Shown here: positions 1-27,639 of the stretch, one piece after another
Position numbering within the stretch: position 1 is the first letter of the stretch
Layout of the letters: each line of letters begins with the position of its first letter
Source: the human T2T-CHM13v2.0 reference genome, Homo sapiens
Length of the DNA: 64,000 nucleotides
Assembly (NCBI RefSeq): GCF_009914755.1
Contig: NC_060940.1
Reading direction: 5' to 3' (one strand)
Made by a program: the position numbers and the translations under genes
The notes under the pieces: generated by a model
What the model saw: the letters and a program-made list of their open reading frames with translations, nothing else
Database searches by the model: none
What the model was told of the DNA's origin: nothing

Positions 1-453
<453 letters not shown>

Positions 454-569
454 TAGCCAGGATGGTCTTGATCTCCTGACCTCGTGATCCACCTGCCTCG
501 GCCTCCCAAAGTGCTGGGATTACAGGCATGAGTCACTGTGCCTGGCCTGTTACAAACAATTTTTTAAAA

Positions 570-960
570 TCTCAAATCATAAGAGGTCTGAAGGTAGACT
601 CTTTTAGGACTGATGCAGCACTCTATGATAATCATGTTTGTTCTGTTATTCATAATAAGGTTGTTTATCTCATGATTGCAACTCCAGACATCTTATCCAA
701 AGCTGCCTTGAGGCATAAATTCAAAGCAGGAAGAAGGGGAAAGGGAAAGATACTGGTTGGGTCTGTCCTCTTTATCAAGAAAAGCTTTCCCAGATGCCCC
801 TTACAGATTTTAGCTTACATCTTGTTGGCCATAACTAGTGGAATGGTTACCAGTAACTGCAAGGGGCATTGGAGAAGTGAGTATTTAACTTTATGGTGAA
901 GATAGATAGGAGAGAGAGGAGGATTGGGAGTGGGTATTGGATTAGCCATCCAAGTGTCTA
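570..960. mobile_element. MaLR LTR (MLT1-type) fossil
   Basis: Motifs gcaactccagacatc, cttacatcttgttggcca, actgcaagggg...gagaagtgagta resemble MLT1J/K. Confidence 0.5.
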
Positions 961-1433
961 ATACATACTTGTTAAGTTTGCAGTACCTGTAAGACATCAG
1001 GTCTGGTTCAGGAACTTTTCATTGTTTAGCCATAAATACCATATTATGAACCATGGAACTACAGTTGATTGATATTAGGAAAGATTAAATAACCTAAGGA
1101 AAATTAGATCAGGACCATCAAGGGCCATCATGGAAGAGCTGGGGAATAGGGAGATGTTAATTTAATGGCTGGATCACTGGAGATGTCAACTCAAAGAACA
1201 TTCTAATATATCTCTGGAATATGAGGCAGTCCCTCCAAAGGCAGAACAAATAGTATTGCAGAATGTGATGATTTATGTTTAGCTGAGAATCTTAAGTGCA
1301 TGTAATGGCAGTTAATAGTCATTACTACACATATGATTAGAATACAAGCCTAGAGACTAAATAATTTGCTCAAGTCCATGCTATGAGTCAGTAATAGTGC
1401 AAGAGGGGGAAAGAAAATAACTCAGTTCTCTGA

Positions 1434-1810
<377 letters not shown>

Positions 1811-1955
1811 TGACCTCATGATCTGCCTGCCTTGGCCTCCCAAAGTGCTGGAATTACAGGCATGAGCCACTGTGCCCAACTCCAGGTTTTGCATTTTTAA
1901 GCGAAGGTACCCATAACTTACTTAAGCCTCTTGATGGTTTTATGTAAGTATTTAG

Positions 1956-2198
<243 letters not shown>

Positions 2199-2306
2199 TA
2201 GCCAGGATGGTCTCGATCTCCTGACCTCTGATCCTCCCGCCTCAGCCTCCCAAAGTGCTGGGATTACAGGCGTGAGCCACTGCGCCTGGCCAAGAAAGTC
2301 AGATTT

Positions 2307-2896
2307 ATTGAGATATAATTTACATACAGTAACATCCACTCTTTAGGCGTACAGTTCCATGTTTTGTTTTTTTTTTTGAGACAGGGTCTTACTCTGTCAC
2401 CCAAGCTGGAGTGCGGTGGCACAATCATAGGTCATTGCAGCCTTGAACTCCTGGGCTCAAGCAATCCTTCTGCCTCAGCCTTCCTAGTAGCTGGGACTAA
2501 AGATGCATGCCACCACATGCTTGGCTAATTAAAAAAAATTTTTTTTAGAGACAAGGTCTCCCTATATTGCCCAGGCTAGTCTCAAACTCTTGGCCTCAAG
2601 CGATCCACTTGCCTCAGCCTTCCAAAGCCCTAGGATTACAGAAATAAACCACTGTGCCTGGCCCAGTTCTATGTGTTTTGATGGGTATATACGGTCTATA
2701 ACTGTCACCACAATTAAGATACATAATATTTCTATCACCCCCAAAAGTTCCCCTGTTCCTCACTTGTAGTTAGTCCTTTTCTCCAACAAGAGCCAGTCTC
2801 TAGCAACCACTACTTTGTTTTCTGCCTTTATTGTTTTGCCTTTTCCAGATTGTCATATATGTGGACTCACACAGTATGTAGCCTTTTGATTCTGGT
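2307..2896 (-). mobile_element. Old L1M 3'-end fragment, interrupted by AluJ (2365-2663)
   Basis: Begins at attgagatataatttacatacag..., contains caattaagatacataatatttctatcacccc; bounded by AAGAAAGTCAGATTT duplicates. Confidence 0.7.
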
Positions 2897-3324
2897 AAGA
2901 AAGTCAGATTTGAAGAACGTTTACAAATACAATATAGTAACGCTTATTGTGGCCATTTCATGTTTTAAAAAAAATGAATACAAAGGTTTAAAACATTCAA
3001 AACTAAAAGTAAACTTTGTAGTAACAAATACTGATAGTTCACACTTACATACTCCATTGCATTTAGTGTTTACATGTCCCACTTCCTTCTAAACCTAAAT
3101 TCCTGAACACCTAACACATTGCTTCTACAATGTAATAAATGCTTGATACATGATTTTCTAGTGATGGATGATGTGTTTCTTTTGAAAAATTCTCTGAAAT
3201 TTTTATCTCATTCCTGAGTTTTATAGGTACTGTTTTCTCTGTTTTACTTATAAGAAACTAATAGAATGTCTGGAAATTTTCTACCAAAAATCTTGAAACT
3301 TCTGTATAAGAAATTCATTATGTC

Positions 3325-4440
<1,116 letters not shown>

Positions 4441-4571
4441 GATTTTATAAGATGTGTTAAAAAGCAAGATAAAAATTCTATGTATGATTATAGCTATTAA
4501 AATGCCTAGACACAAAATACATAGACAAAAAGACTAGAAGGAAAGATACGTTTTATTAGTAATAAAGATGA

Positions 4572-4874
<303 letters not shown>

Positions 4875-4904
4875 TGAAGTACTTGTGAGCCACTGCGCCC
4901 AGCC

Positions 4905-6670
<1,766 letters not shown>

Positions 6671-7270
6671 TTTGTTTTTATTACTTTTTCATTAAGAAAA
6701 TTAATAAAACAAATTATCAGCAGATAAAGTTACAGTATGTGGGTTGACCAGTGTCACACAATATTACTTAACATGCAGTAGTTGATTGCTATTAACTCTG
6801 ACGGTTCTGAGTTTACTACAGTGGAATTCATTAGTATGTGTTATGTAAGAATGAAGAGGGAAAGAACACGAAGACATCTTTGTCTTTTCTCTTTCCCTGA
6901 ACTCAGTTAATTCTGCCTATTTGGTCTGAAAAGCTCTAATAACAATGAAGGCCTGGCAGTAACTTACAGGATTTCTTTTATACAAAAAAGAGAAAAGAAA
7001 ATTACCAAGTATTTAAAGACATGGAAACTTGGAGGACTTTCTTGTTCCTAAGTGGTGACTCTAACTGGATGTTCAGGATGGAGTGGTTGCTGACCCTTTG
7101 AACACAGCTATTGTGCTGGGTTAATATTGTATTTCCGTCTATAGTTTATCATTCAGGGTGCTGATCTAAAACAAAGCATCCGGTTTATCCAGCTAGTCCA
7201 GAACATATCCACTTAGCAACAAAAATACGGATAACGATTTCCTTGCGCTTGAATTGCTATGGTTTTTTTG

Positions 7271-7325
7271 TTGTTGTCTAGTGGAAATTTCGTTGTCTCG
7301 TGGAAGTTTTGTTGTCTAGTGGAAA
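7271..7325. repeat. 19-bp tandem repeat, ~3 copies
   Basis: GTTGTCT(A/C)GTGGAA at 7273, 7292 and 7311. Confidence 0.85.
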
Positions 7326-7916
7326 AACATTAGTAAGTATTTTTATATTTTTCAGTGATTTTATTTTATTTGCTGCTGTTACATCCAATTATGTGTAACA
7401 TTGTATTTACACCTCTATAGCATGTATCATGTTTTGCCTTATTATAATTTCTACTTTATTAGTTGGCCTATTTTAGGGGACACATGTCTTCCTTTTATTC
7501 CTCAAGTAAATAACTTGAGGACAAGATTTGTGTGTCAAACATTTTAAAGATCCACGTGCTTTGCACATAGGAGAGAGTTGTTGAAAAGGGGGGAACATTG
7601 TAGCTCTTTTTGGTTTTGGAGACGGAGTCTCACTCTGTCACCCAGGCTGGAGTGCAGTGATGTGATCTCGGCTCAGTGCAGCCTCCGCCTCCTGGGTTCA
7701 AGTGATTCTCCTACCTCGGCCTCCTGAGTAGCTGGGATTACAGGCGCCCGTCTCCACACCTGGCTAATTTTTGTAGTTTTAGTAGACATGGGGTTTCACC
7801 ATGTTGGCTAGGCTGGTCTCAAACTACTGATCTCAAGTGATCTGCCCGCCTCGGCCTCCCAAAGTGCTAGGATTAAAGGCATGAGATGCCCAGTTCTTCT
7901 GTTTTTTGTTTTTTGA

Positions 7917-8060
<144 letters not shown>

Positions 8061-9635
8061 TGACCAGCTAATTTTTGTATTTTTGTAGAGACAGGGTTTC
8101 ACTATGTTGGCCAGACTGGTCTTGAACTCCTGACCTTAGGTGATCTGTCTGCCTCGGCCTCCCCAAGTGCTGGGATTACAGGCGTGAGCCACCATGCCCA
8201 CCCTATGATTCTTAAGAGTAAAAAAAAAAAAAAAACTTTGTTTCCTATCATATGTGCTAGCAATAGATAAAACCCTATATGTTGGGTTCCTGAGGCAAGG
8301 ACTGACTTTCTAATAAGAATATTTTAATCCATTATTGGCTCCTTATGATAGATAAGACTTCATTTATCTTTCTTGCTTTTCTCTGAGACAAGGTCTCCCA
8401 CTGTCACACTGGAGTGCGGTGGTGGGATTGTGGCTCACTGCAGCCTCAACCTCTCAAGCTCAAGCAGTCCTCCCACGTCAGTGTCCTGAGTTGCTGGGAC
8501 TACAAGCATATGCCACCACATCAGGCTAATTTTTAAATTGTTTTGTAAAGACGGGGTCTCGCTATGTTGCCCAAGCTGGTCTTGAACTTGTGGGCTCAAG
8601 CAATCCTTCTGCCTTGGCCTCACAAAATGCTGGGATTACAGGTGTGAGCCATGGTGCATGGCCCTAAGGTTATGTTTTTATGTTACTGCAGGAGCAAACT
8701 GCTCATTCAGAAGCCATTTGTTTAAGCTTATAATTGTTTACTAAGGAGAATTTTGCTTTTATGGCAGGTTTGTTTTAATAAGAAATTTAGCTGAATTAAC
8801 CCCTCAGCAGATAAGATTATACATATAGAGTCTATGTGACAACCTTCAGTATATGGAGAGAGTGACCATTTCCCAAATATTCACAAGCACATAGTGGGGC
8901 TGACCAAGGGCCTTTTATTCAAACAGTTGCAAGAATCCTTAATCTAGAGCAATTAGCAACAACATTTAACTGAATTGTGTTACTCATGCCAGAAATATTT
9001 CTGAGAATTTCACGAGGACAGACAAATTAGGACTGTAAAAGTATATCTGTATTTGTGCAGAATCTCTCATAATTCATCTAATCAATATTGACTGTACATC
9101 TTCTGTGCATTAGTGATTCCAGCTATGAACTGTTTCTCAATGCACTGACAATTTTTGACCAATGTATAAAATTTATTTGTGCTACACCTTTGTATGCGTA
9201 TTGTTACAGTGATGCCATATAGAGTGGGGTTCACCTTGCTTTAAGAGGTTAGAAGCAACTATAATTAATTTCAAGCCACTGTCACAGAAATATTGGGTGT
9301 AACTGGAAAAAGACATGAATTTTGCCTTATGAATGTGCAAAATAATGTATTCAAGGCCTAATGGCTCTACACAAACCGCAACACAGTTCTGAAGGGTGAC
9401 TAGGAAAAAAGTTTAAAAAACTATGAATAAACTCTGTAGAAGTGATGTGTTGTAATTATTGTTGACTTTTATAGTGTCTTGAGTTTTAATCCCTTCAGTG
9501 TCCCATTGGTCAAGTGGACAAGACAGACAAAACAAAAACTGTGACATATGGCGGATGCCATGTCAGTGATATGTAGAGTGTTAGAGGAATATAGATGAGG
9601 AAGGTTATATTCTATAAAAATTGGTCCTTTCCTGA

Positions 9636-9863
<228 letters not shown>

Positions 9864-10048
9864 TAATTACCACGTCTAGATATTCTTTAGTGATATAGTA
9901 CATAATAAGCTCACTCTGTAGGTTATGTTCAGTGCCTAATGTCTTTCAGACACTGTTAAACAGTTTACTTTTATTAGTTAAGCTTCTTTAACATCTCAGT
10001 TACTTGGTAAAGTTAGTATTAGGTTTAGTATTAGAATTTCATAGATTA

Positions 10049-17059
<7,011 letters not shown>

Positions 17060-18234
17060 CTTCAACTTGGTTCCGATGAGTGGTTTGGAACATCTTAGCC
17101 AGTTTTAATTTTACGTAGAATAGGTGAATGGGTGTCTTCCCTTCTTGTTCACTTCCTGGGCCTAGAACTATCCTAAGCATAAATGTTAAGGGGTTATCTC
17201 AAAACCCCTATAGTGTGTATCCATATTATTGAAACAATATTGAGTAACATTTTGTTCAAGCATTAGCCAATGTGATTGCCTTTCAGAACTCTGGGCTTTT
17301 CTCTGTAGTTTCTATATAGGTGGAGAAAGGTGGAGTTTTTTAGAGACTTTAATCACTGTAAATGTCCTTCAGAATACCTGCGAGAGTCCTAGAAATGAGA
17401 CCAAAGTGGGGGAGGGGGGAACTAAAAGGAAGGGAAAGGAAGAAAGGCGGGAAGTGGGGAGCAGAAAGAAAGAAAACAAAACAAAAAACCCTGGCACCAA
17501 TATGACAGCTTCAAACTGCTGTATCCCCAGGGCTAACAACATAGTACCAGGAATTTTTTTCTCTGCTTTCAGGCCTATAATGAGGAAATTTCTGTCTGAC
17601 CAATATCAGGGGCACATCAGCTGCTGTACTAAGTTTCTTCAAATATCCTGGAATTGTGGTGAGTTTGAACCCGTTAGCTACCACTTCTACAACTGTTCTT
17701 GGAGTTGTGTGGATGCAGTCCCATTAGATATATATAGAATTACTGGTTTATCTGTGCTACATCTTAGTAAGCTCCCATTACTTTCGCATTAGGATTAATA
17801 GAGGTGGAATTTGAGATGTGCTTTGGGAAATGGGTATGATTTGGACACATGGAAGTGAAGAAGTGAGGGAATCAATATAAATAAGGACACAGGAAAAGTC
17901 AGAGTATACCTTTCTGCAAGTAGTTTACTGGGTTGTGGTGGCCTGTGGTTATGCTTGAAATCTTTTGGTGGGTTTTCTTGTGCAAGCAGTTTAGTAAGAT
18001 ATTTGAGGGGACAGAAGAGAAGAGATGGTTGGAAAGATGAATTTATACACAAGACTTTAGACTACATTCCTTAGGCAGTAGCAAACCATAGAGACTCTTT
18101 TAAATCGGGAGTGGCCTGGTATGAGTTGGGGTCTAGGACAATCAACCTGGTAACCTTGTGTAAAGGCATGAGAGAAGGGAAGAGGGTCTGGGCAAGGAGA
18201 TCAGTTAAGAGGCCAGTACAGATACAAAGGGACA

Positions 18235-18513
18235 ACTATTGTATGAGTCCACCTATGTGAGGTACCTAGAGTAGTCAAATTCATAAGGACAGAAAGTAGA
18301 ATGGTGGTTGCCAGGGGATAGGGGAATGGGGAGTAATTGTTTAGTGGGTATAGAGTTTCAGTTTGGGAAAATGAAAAAGTTCTGGAGATGGCTGGTGGTT
18401 GTGGTTTCACAACAATGTGAATACTTAATGCACTGAACTGTACATGTAAAAAATATGGTTAAAATAGTAAACTTTATGTTGTGTATATTTTACAATTACA
18501 AAAAAAAAAAAAA
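18235..18513 (+). mobile_element. L1MB-like 3' end with poly(A)
   Basis: gaggtacctagagtagtcaaattcata...gaaagtagaatggtggttgccagggg...cactgaactgtac...A-tail. Confidence 0.75.
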
Positions 18514-19374
18514 GCAGCAGCAGCAGCAGCCACTACAGTGGCTGGTCTGAGTTAATCAAGGCATGTTGGCAGTGGAAACTGAGGGGAGTAGGTAGGCTAG
18601 AGAACAATTTCAGATGTGATTTGGCACCTGATTAGATGTAGCGGGTAGGGACAGAGAGTGGTCTGCAAAGGTTTAGAGAAGCATTTTCCAAACCTTGATC
18701 GAGCATGAGAATTAACCACCTGGGCAACCTTTAATAAAATACAGAAGAGTGTGCTTCACACCAGGCTAACTATAGTACTGGTTTAGATCCTGGGTGGCGA
18801 GAAAGATGATGATGCTAATCCTTATAACTACAAGAGTGAGCACAGGAGCAGGGGATAAAGGATAATGAAGATTAGTTCTTGTTTGGATATGTTGAATCTG
18901 AAGGATGGGGCAGCACCCAGGTGGTGGGATTGGGGCCAACAGGAGATATTGGTTCTAGAGAGCTGTGTCAAACTGGAGATCCAGCAGAAAGCTGACAGGG
19001 ATGAGAGGATAAAGTGAGAAGTGCTAAAATCAGAGCCTTAGGAAACACCTGGATTATAGGGATAGGAGGAGAAAAAAGGCACTTAAAAAATAAATGGCCA
19101 GAAAGAAGGAATACAAAACAGCTGGTAGAGTGCATTGCCATACATATTGGAATGGTCGAGCATAAGGATTGAGAAAGGGCCTTTGGATTGGGTAAGAAAA
19201 CATTGATAACCCTTTAGAATGCTGTTTTAATTCAGAAGAGATTAAGGAGTGAAAGGAGAAAATAGAAACAATAAGCAGAAATTGTTTTGTTTTGATTTTC
19301 AAGGAATGGTGAAGGGAGGGAAGAGCCAAGTCTGGGTTCATCAGGTCAAGGGAGTGCTTTTTCAGTTTGGATAA

Positions 19375-19731
<357 letters not shown>

Positions 19732-19757
19732 TAAGCCAGTATTTCTATGGAGCACTT

Positions 19758-20319
19758 GTGTTTCGTGGATCTTCTGCCTACCTCCTTCTTTTCTCCCCAG
19801 CCCTTTAATAGTGGAGTGTCTGCTTTCTCTTCCGTACTCACTTCCTTGCTTGTGCTGGAAGTCTTCCATTGGCTCTTCTAGGTCCGCTCCTTCTCTACAT
19901 GCCATCTGTCCCGGACGCTGACCTGCGTGGACAACATCAGCAGACTTCCTTGGCCTTTGGTTTTTGTTGGGTTTGGCCAATGTAGAGCCCCAATAGGACA
20001 TTGGAGGGAAAGAAGGAGGAGGGTGAGGTTGGAGCATTTATCCCCTTGGCCCCCAATTCGCAGGTCAGTGCAATCTGGCTGAATTGACTGAAAGTCACTG
20101 CTCCTCTCACATCGGTCTCTATAGGGCTCTTTTCTTCTGGGTTTGGTACCCACTCTCTTTCCTATTTCCTTCAGGCCTACATGTGGAAACAGCTAATAGC
20201 CATGGGATACTACACTCTATTTTTCCATGTGGTTTCCCTGCACTCTGCCCACATCTTCATAAGTTGTCCCTTTATTAAATCCCTTACTATCGTTTCCTGC
20301 TGGGATCCTGACTGATACA
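19758..20319 (+). mobile_element. ERVL-type solo LTR (LTR33-like)
   Basis: Ends ccctttattaaat...tttcctgctgggatcctgactgataca; internal gggtttggccaatg. Confidence 0.5.
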
Positions 20320-21170
20320 GTGATCTTATCCAGTTTCATGGCATTAAATAGCAACTATATGCTAATAGCTCCCAAATTTATGTTTTTAGCCTACACCCAT
20401 TTCCTGAACTGCAGACTTATATATCTAGCTGCCTGTTAGACTTGATTGTCTAATGTATGTCTCAAGTTCCTGATCTTTCTTCTAAAGCTGTCAAGGGGAA
20501 CGCTATCCTTCTAGCCTTGTTCGGGACAAAAATCTTGACATTATCCTTGACTCTTCTTTTTGCCACCCCCTTATGTAATCTGATGTAGAATCTGACCACT
20601 TCTCACCACCTCCACTACTATTCCCCTGGTCCAACTCCTATCATCTCTCATCCCTGTTAACCTGCCAGCTGGTCTTCCTGCTTTTGCCTTGGCCTTCTTT
20701 TATTCTATTTTCAACATAGTGGTCACTTGCTCCTGAAAATCTCCCAATAGCTTCCTGTTTCAGAATAAAAGCCAAAGTCCTTGCCATGACCTAAAAGGCC
20801 GTACATGGTCTGCCTCCCAGCCCCGTTACCTTTGTGACCCCATTTACTACTCTGTCCCCCTCACTTACCCAGCTCCAGTTACTCTGGGTCTCCTTACTAT
20901 CTAACACTCCTGTTAGTAACTCCTGTTACTGTCCTAACACTGTCTCCCTGGCTGGAATGTTTCTCCCAGATATTTGCATGGCCAACTCCCCCATCTCCTA
21001 AAGTCTTTGTTCAAACATCTTATTAATGGCTTACCCTAACTACCATATTTAAAATTTACAAACTGACACCCTGGGCAGCATTTCTGACCCCTTCCCTTGC
21101 TGTGTTTCATTTTCCCATTACACTTAACATCTTCCAATATACTGTATAATTTACTTATTTTATTTTGTAA
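20320..21170 (+). mobile_element. L2 LINE fossil
   Basis: tatatgctaatagctcccaaatttat; tctgaccacttctcaccacctccact; cagaataaaagccaaagtcctt. Confidence 0.65.
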
Positions 21171-21965
<795 letters not shown>

Positions 21966-22706
21966 TTTCATTAAATTATTAATTACATTATTATTTTTTG
22001 CATATTTTATTCACTGGCTAATAATTCTACATGCCTAAAACAGTTCCTGGTATATAGTAGGAGCTCAATAAATTAGTGAATTTGCTATGTTATTTTAGAA
22101 TGAAGAGGAAGAGTGAAAGAGTCACTCTGAACTCATTCAAGGTTCATGTCACCAGACTCTAGACTGCAGTCTACTCAAACCCCAAATGGCCAGGAGACTT
22201 GAGCTGAAAGACACCTGCAAGTTGAGAATGTAAAAGGCTTTTTACTCAAAGCAAAGCAATTCCTTCCTCGTGTTTTTGGTGGTCATTTATCAGCCTCCTG
22301 ACTTGAGAGAAGAGCTTGGGATGAGGTTGGAGAGAATCCTCCTGAGAGAATACTTTAACAGTGACTGTCAACATAACTCATTCCTGTGCAAAATGCACAG
22401 CCAGATATTCCACTCTGAGAATAATCCAGGAACAAACTTGCTTGCAAAAGCAGGGGAAATAATGTTGTGTGACTAACTTAGTTTCACTTAAACTCATAGT
22501 AAAGATCACCAGTTGGGGCATGGAAAAGGTAAGAGTTAGAGATAAAAAGGAACATAACGATTATATGAGAAGTTGATGTTTATAAAAGAGGTTGATCCAT
22601 TTATCCAAATATGTGTGTTTGCAGCCGTAGGCTGTGTCTGCCCTATTATGTATCCTTTTTGGATAAGGTTTTTGTTTCGTTTCGTTTTGTTTGTTTGTTT
22701 GTTTGA

Positions 22707-22811
<105 letters not shown>

Positions 22812-22992
22812 TAAGTAGCTGGGATTACAGGTGCCCGCCACCACACCTGGCTAATTTTGTATTTTTAGTAGAGATGGACTTTCGCCATGTTGGCCAGGCT
22901 GGTCTTGAACTCCTGACCTCAAGTGATCCACTCATTTGGCCTCCCAAAGTGCTGGGATTACAGGTATGAGCCACCGTGCCCGGCCTGGATAA

Positions 22993-23221
<229 letters not shown>

Positions 23222-23639
23222 TGAACTCCTGACCTCGTGATCCACCCACCTCGGCCTCCCAAAGTGCTGGGATTACAGGTGTGAGCCACCATGCTCAGCA
23301 CCAGCCTAGATAAGCTTTAAAAAGCCAGGGTGGGCGTGGTGGCTCAAGCCTGTAATCCCAGCACTTTGGGAGACTCCGAGGTGGGCAGATCACTTGAGGT
23401 CAGGAGTTGGCAAGCAGTCTGGCCAACATGGTGAAACCCCGTCTCTACTAAAAAAAAAAAAGCCACTTAACAGGTGGGGTGCAGTGGCTCATACCTATAA
23501 TCCCAGCCCTTTGGGAGGCCAAGGCGGGTGGATTGTTTGAGCTCACCAATTAGAGACCAGCCTGGGCAAATGGCAAAACCCTGTCTCTACTAAAAGTACA
23601 AAAATTAGGTGGGTATGGTGGTGTGCACCTGTAGTCTCA

Positions 23640-23795
<156 letters not shown>

Positions 23796-24657
23796 TTAAA
23801 ATCAGATGCTGCCTCATGCCCCAAACATGGAACTCTTCATAACCTTATTCATTAGAGCTTAGAATTCAGTAAGAATCAGTTGGATTTTGGATCCTATCCA
23901 GTGCATTATAGTTTTTGAAGCCTCAAGATTTCCGTTTACATGTCTTTCATGTTTAAAGTTTGAGCAAGAGGCTGGGTGGTGGCTCATGCTTGTAATCCCA
24001 ACGCTTTGAGAGGCTAAGGCGGGAGGGTTGCTTGAAGCCAGGAGTTTGAGATCAGCCTGGGCAAAATAGCAAGACCTTGTCTCTACAAAAAATTAAAAAG
24101 TTAGCCAGATGTGTCGGTGTGTGCCTATAGTTGCAGCTACTCAGGAGGCTGAGGCAGGATCACTTGAACCCAAGAATTTGAGGTTACAGTGAGCTATGAT
24201 TGTGCCACTGCCCTGCAACCTGAGGGACAGAGTGAGACCCTGTCTCAAAAATAAAATTAAGATAGAGTTTGAACAAGGTCTCAGAATAAGTTTTCTTCAT
24301 TTCTTAAATACGTTTTTAAAATAAATACTATGGACTTAACAAAAATTTTAAATATACAGAACAACATAAAGAAAAAAATGCAATCCTACACCTGTATATA
24401 AGCACTATTGATATTTTGATTAAGTTCCTTCCAGACATCTTTACAGGTACATGTGTGCAGTACATGTATGTGTTTTTGTCACTCTAAAGAAGAGAAGGGA
24501 TCACAGTAATGCTTTTGGGGTGGGAGGAAGCCCACCTTCACGTTCAGTAAAAGGGATACGTGAGGCCGGGCATAGTGGCTCAAGCCTGTTATCCCAGCAC
24601 TTTGGGAGGCCAAGGCGGGTGGATCACGAGGTCTGGAGATCGAGACCATCCTGGCTA

Positions 24658-24931
<274 letters not shown>

Positions 24932-26469
24932 TCAGTGTTTAATTAAATTATTTTGAGGATTATCTTCAACTATCAGGAAAAATGAAATGATTCCGAAATA
25001 TGTTGTGGATTCTGAGTTGAACTGAAAGCTCCATGTGGGGGTGTAAAGGCTCTGCTTATCCAGCCACGTGTCCAGGTTAAGGCCTTAACATAGGACTGAA
25101 ACAGAAGACTGTTAACTTTTTGCCATTCCCAAACATAGAAACAGATGTCCATCCACAGCTCTTCAGCCATTCTGGATGGCTAATTAGATGGGGGTATGGA
25201 CTGCATTGCCATCAACTCAGATAAAATTCATTGCTCTTTTAATAAGGCAATACATAAATTGTATGTGTATGTCTGTTTTTGTTTTAGGATGTGTGTAGTA
25301 ATCAGTTCAGTGATGCTACTGTGTGATTGAATGAACTGAGTAGATCGTTAAGGGTTCTTTTCTAACCACTATATTATTCAAGAATTCATTTAGAATGTCT
25401 TTAATTTCCTCCAGTTGGTAGCCCAATAGTGTACTGCCTTAAATGTTCAAAAAGCATGCCTCTGCCATTTGCAGTAACTGGAAACCTTAGGAATTTCTGC
25501 CAAAGTCCTTCAAAGCATAAAGCTGAAGTATGTATTGAAATGCTTGAGTCAGCTGCTCAAGGGTTATACTGACTGCACTCCTGCTGATTTTTCTAGGGTA
25601 AAAAAATCTCCTTGGTGACCTGAGGCAGCTACCCAGAAGCACGTGTATTATAACTATGCACAAAAAGCACAGAGATATACTACATCTAAATTCTAGCATT
25701 GGAATTGTTATATTTTTTATTATTATACTTAATTTCAGTAAATCTTTTTTAATAACGTATAAGAAAATAACTTTAACTCTTCTACTGATTACCATTAAAA
25801 TTTTTTAACTCTTCTCTAACTTTCTAATTTAGGGAAGGAAAAAGAAAGGTACCTACTGTATTTATTGAATGTTTAGTATGTGCCTGAAATTTTTATTTGC
25901 TTAGTGTTACTCCCATTTTGTAGATGAGGACCTCAGAACAGTTAAGTGCGGTCACATAGCTTTGAATAGCAAGCACAGTTAGGATTTGAACAAGGTCTTC
26001 TTGATTCCAAAGGCATCTCTATGACCACATCATGCTGTAGAATGAGCTATCAACTATTAGGCCTATAAAAGACTATCAACCTTATTAAATAAAAAAACTA
26101 AGGTGCAGCACGGTAAGCATAATGTACCACCATATGTATGATCAGATATACACGCATGTGTATGTGTTTATTTTCATACATGCTTAGCATACCAGGCATC
26201 TCTTTGAATGGTTGCCTCTAGGAATGGAGACAGGGTAGCTAGAAATCTGGACTTTTATTATAAAACCTTTTATACCTCTTGAGTTTTGTTTTATGTGCAT
26301 GTATTACCTATTCACAGGAGAAACTGTGTGTACCAGTGTGCCCAGCCAGTTTGTCTAGTTTTTGAAACAAGAACACCATGCCTCGAGTGACAGTAATTGT
26401 AGTCATGACTGAAGTAAAACAAGTATTTTATGAGTTTTAAATTTGAACTTAAAAAAGCTTCCTATCTAC

Positions 26470-26940
26470 TAAAAGCTTGATTTTCATTTGGGGCCACATT
26501 AATGGAAATAGAGTATTTTGAACAAGCAAGGGGGATCAGTTGAGTTGGCTTTGTGCTTATTAGATCATACCTTATCTTGAATATACTTTATTTTTGCACT
26601 TGATTTTAAGAACTGTAATGGCCTGTTTACATAGCTGTCTCCCCTGCAAGGCTGGGCATTCCTTGAGGGATAGAATCCATGGCTCATTTGCCCTTGTGTC
26701 TTTACTGGCTAGCCTAATTCCCAACACTTGGTAGGTAGCTAATAAAAGTTGATTGAGTTGAATGGAAATAGAAATACTTAGCTTAGTATGGGGAGGAGAG
26801 AGAAGAGAAAGATCTGTCTTCAGATAATTACAGAGTTCTCATGTAGAAGAGAGATTAAGTTTGTTCTATATGGCTTGAGAAGACAGGGAACCAGTGGGTA
26901 GAAGTATGGAGAAGTTTCTAAAGGTTGAATCATCTAAAGC
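26470..26940 (+). mobile_element. CR1/L3 fossil with a nested L2 3' end (~26610-26765)
   Basis: ctgtcttcagataattacagagttctcatgtagaagagagattaagtttgttct...ccagtgggtagaagt resembles the L3 3' region. Confidence 0.5.
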
Positions 26941-27008
26941 CTAGATGGGTCTGTCTTAGAATCTATCTCCAGGGGATTCATGGCTCTTTAACTTACTTTT
27001 TTCCCCCA

Positions 27009-27398
<390 letters not shown>

Positions 27399-27425
27399 CT
27401 TCTTCTTTGATTTTTTTGTTCATAG

Positions 27426-27639
27426 TCAAGTTCATCCGAGAAGTAACACCATATATCAAGAAGCCATCATTAGTATCAGATCTGCCGTGGGAAGGTGCAG
27501 CCCCCCAGTCACCAAGCTTTAGTGGCAGTGAGGACTCTGGTTCGCCAAAACACCAGAACAGCACCAAGGACAGGAAGATCATCCCTCTCAAAATGTGCTT
27601 TGCTGCTAGAAACCTAAGCATGCCGGATCTGGAAAACAG
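27426..27639 (+). CDS. SNTB2: Beta-2 syntrophin internal coding exon (exon 2, 214 nt; end of PDZ and PH1 C-half)
   Basis: Acceptor ttttgttcatag|TC, donor AACAG|gtgagg. Translates (V)KFIREVTPYIKKPSLVSDLPWEGAAPQSPSFSGSEDSGSPKHQNSTKDRKIIPLKMCFAARNLSMPDLENR, recognised as SNTB2. Confidence 0.96.

Noticed and set aside
7091-7104. TGACCCTTTGAACA, a DR2-like nuclear receptor / TCF motif
   Set aside because: A single imperfect motif is expected by chance in 64 kb and cannot be supported without chromatin data.
7271-7325. Repeat resembling a mini-CRISPR array
   Set aside because: There are no unique spacers and no cas genes, and the context is eukaryotic; it is a simple tandem repeat.
18514-18529. 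(GCA)5 triplet run
   Set aside because: Too short to be unstable; it is at the tail of an L1 and is non-coding.
24973-25170. Non-repeat 65-aa ORF, with a CACGTG E-box and the 14-bp palindrome GTTAAGGCCTTAAC (25076-25089)
   Set aside because: No recognisable homology or splice context; motifs of this size are within chance expectation.
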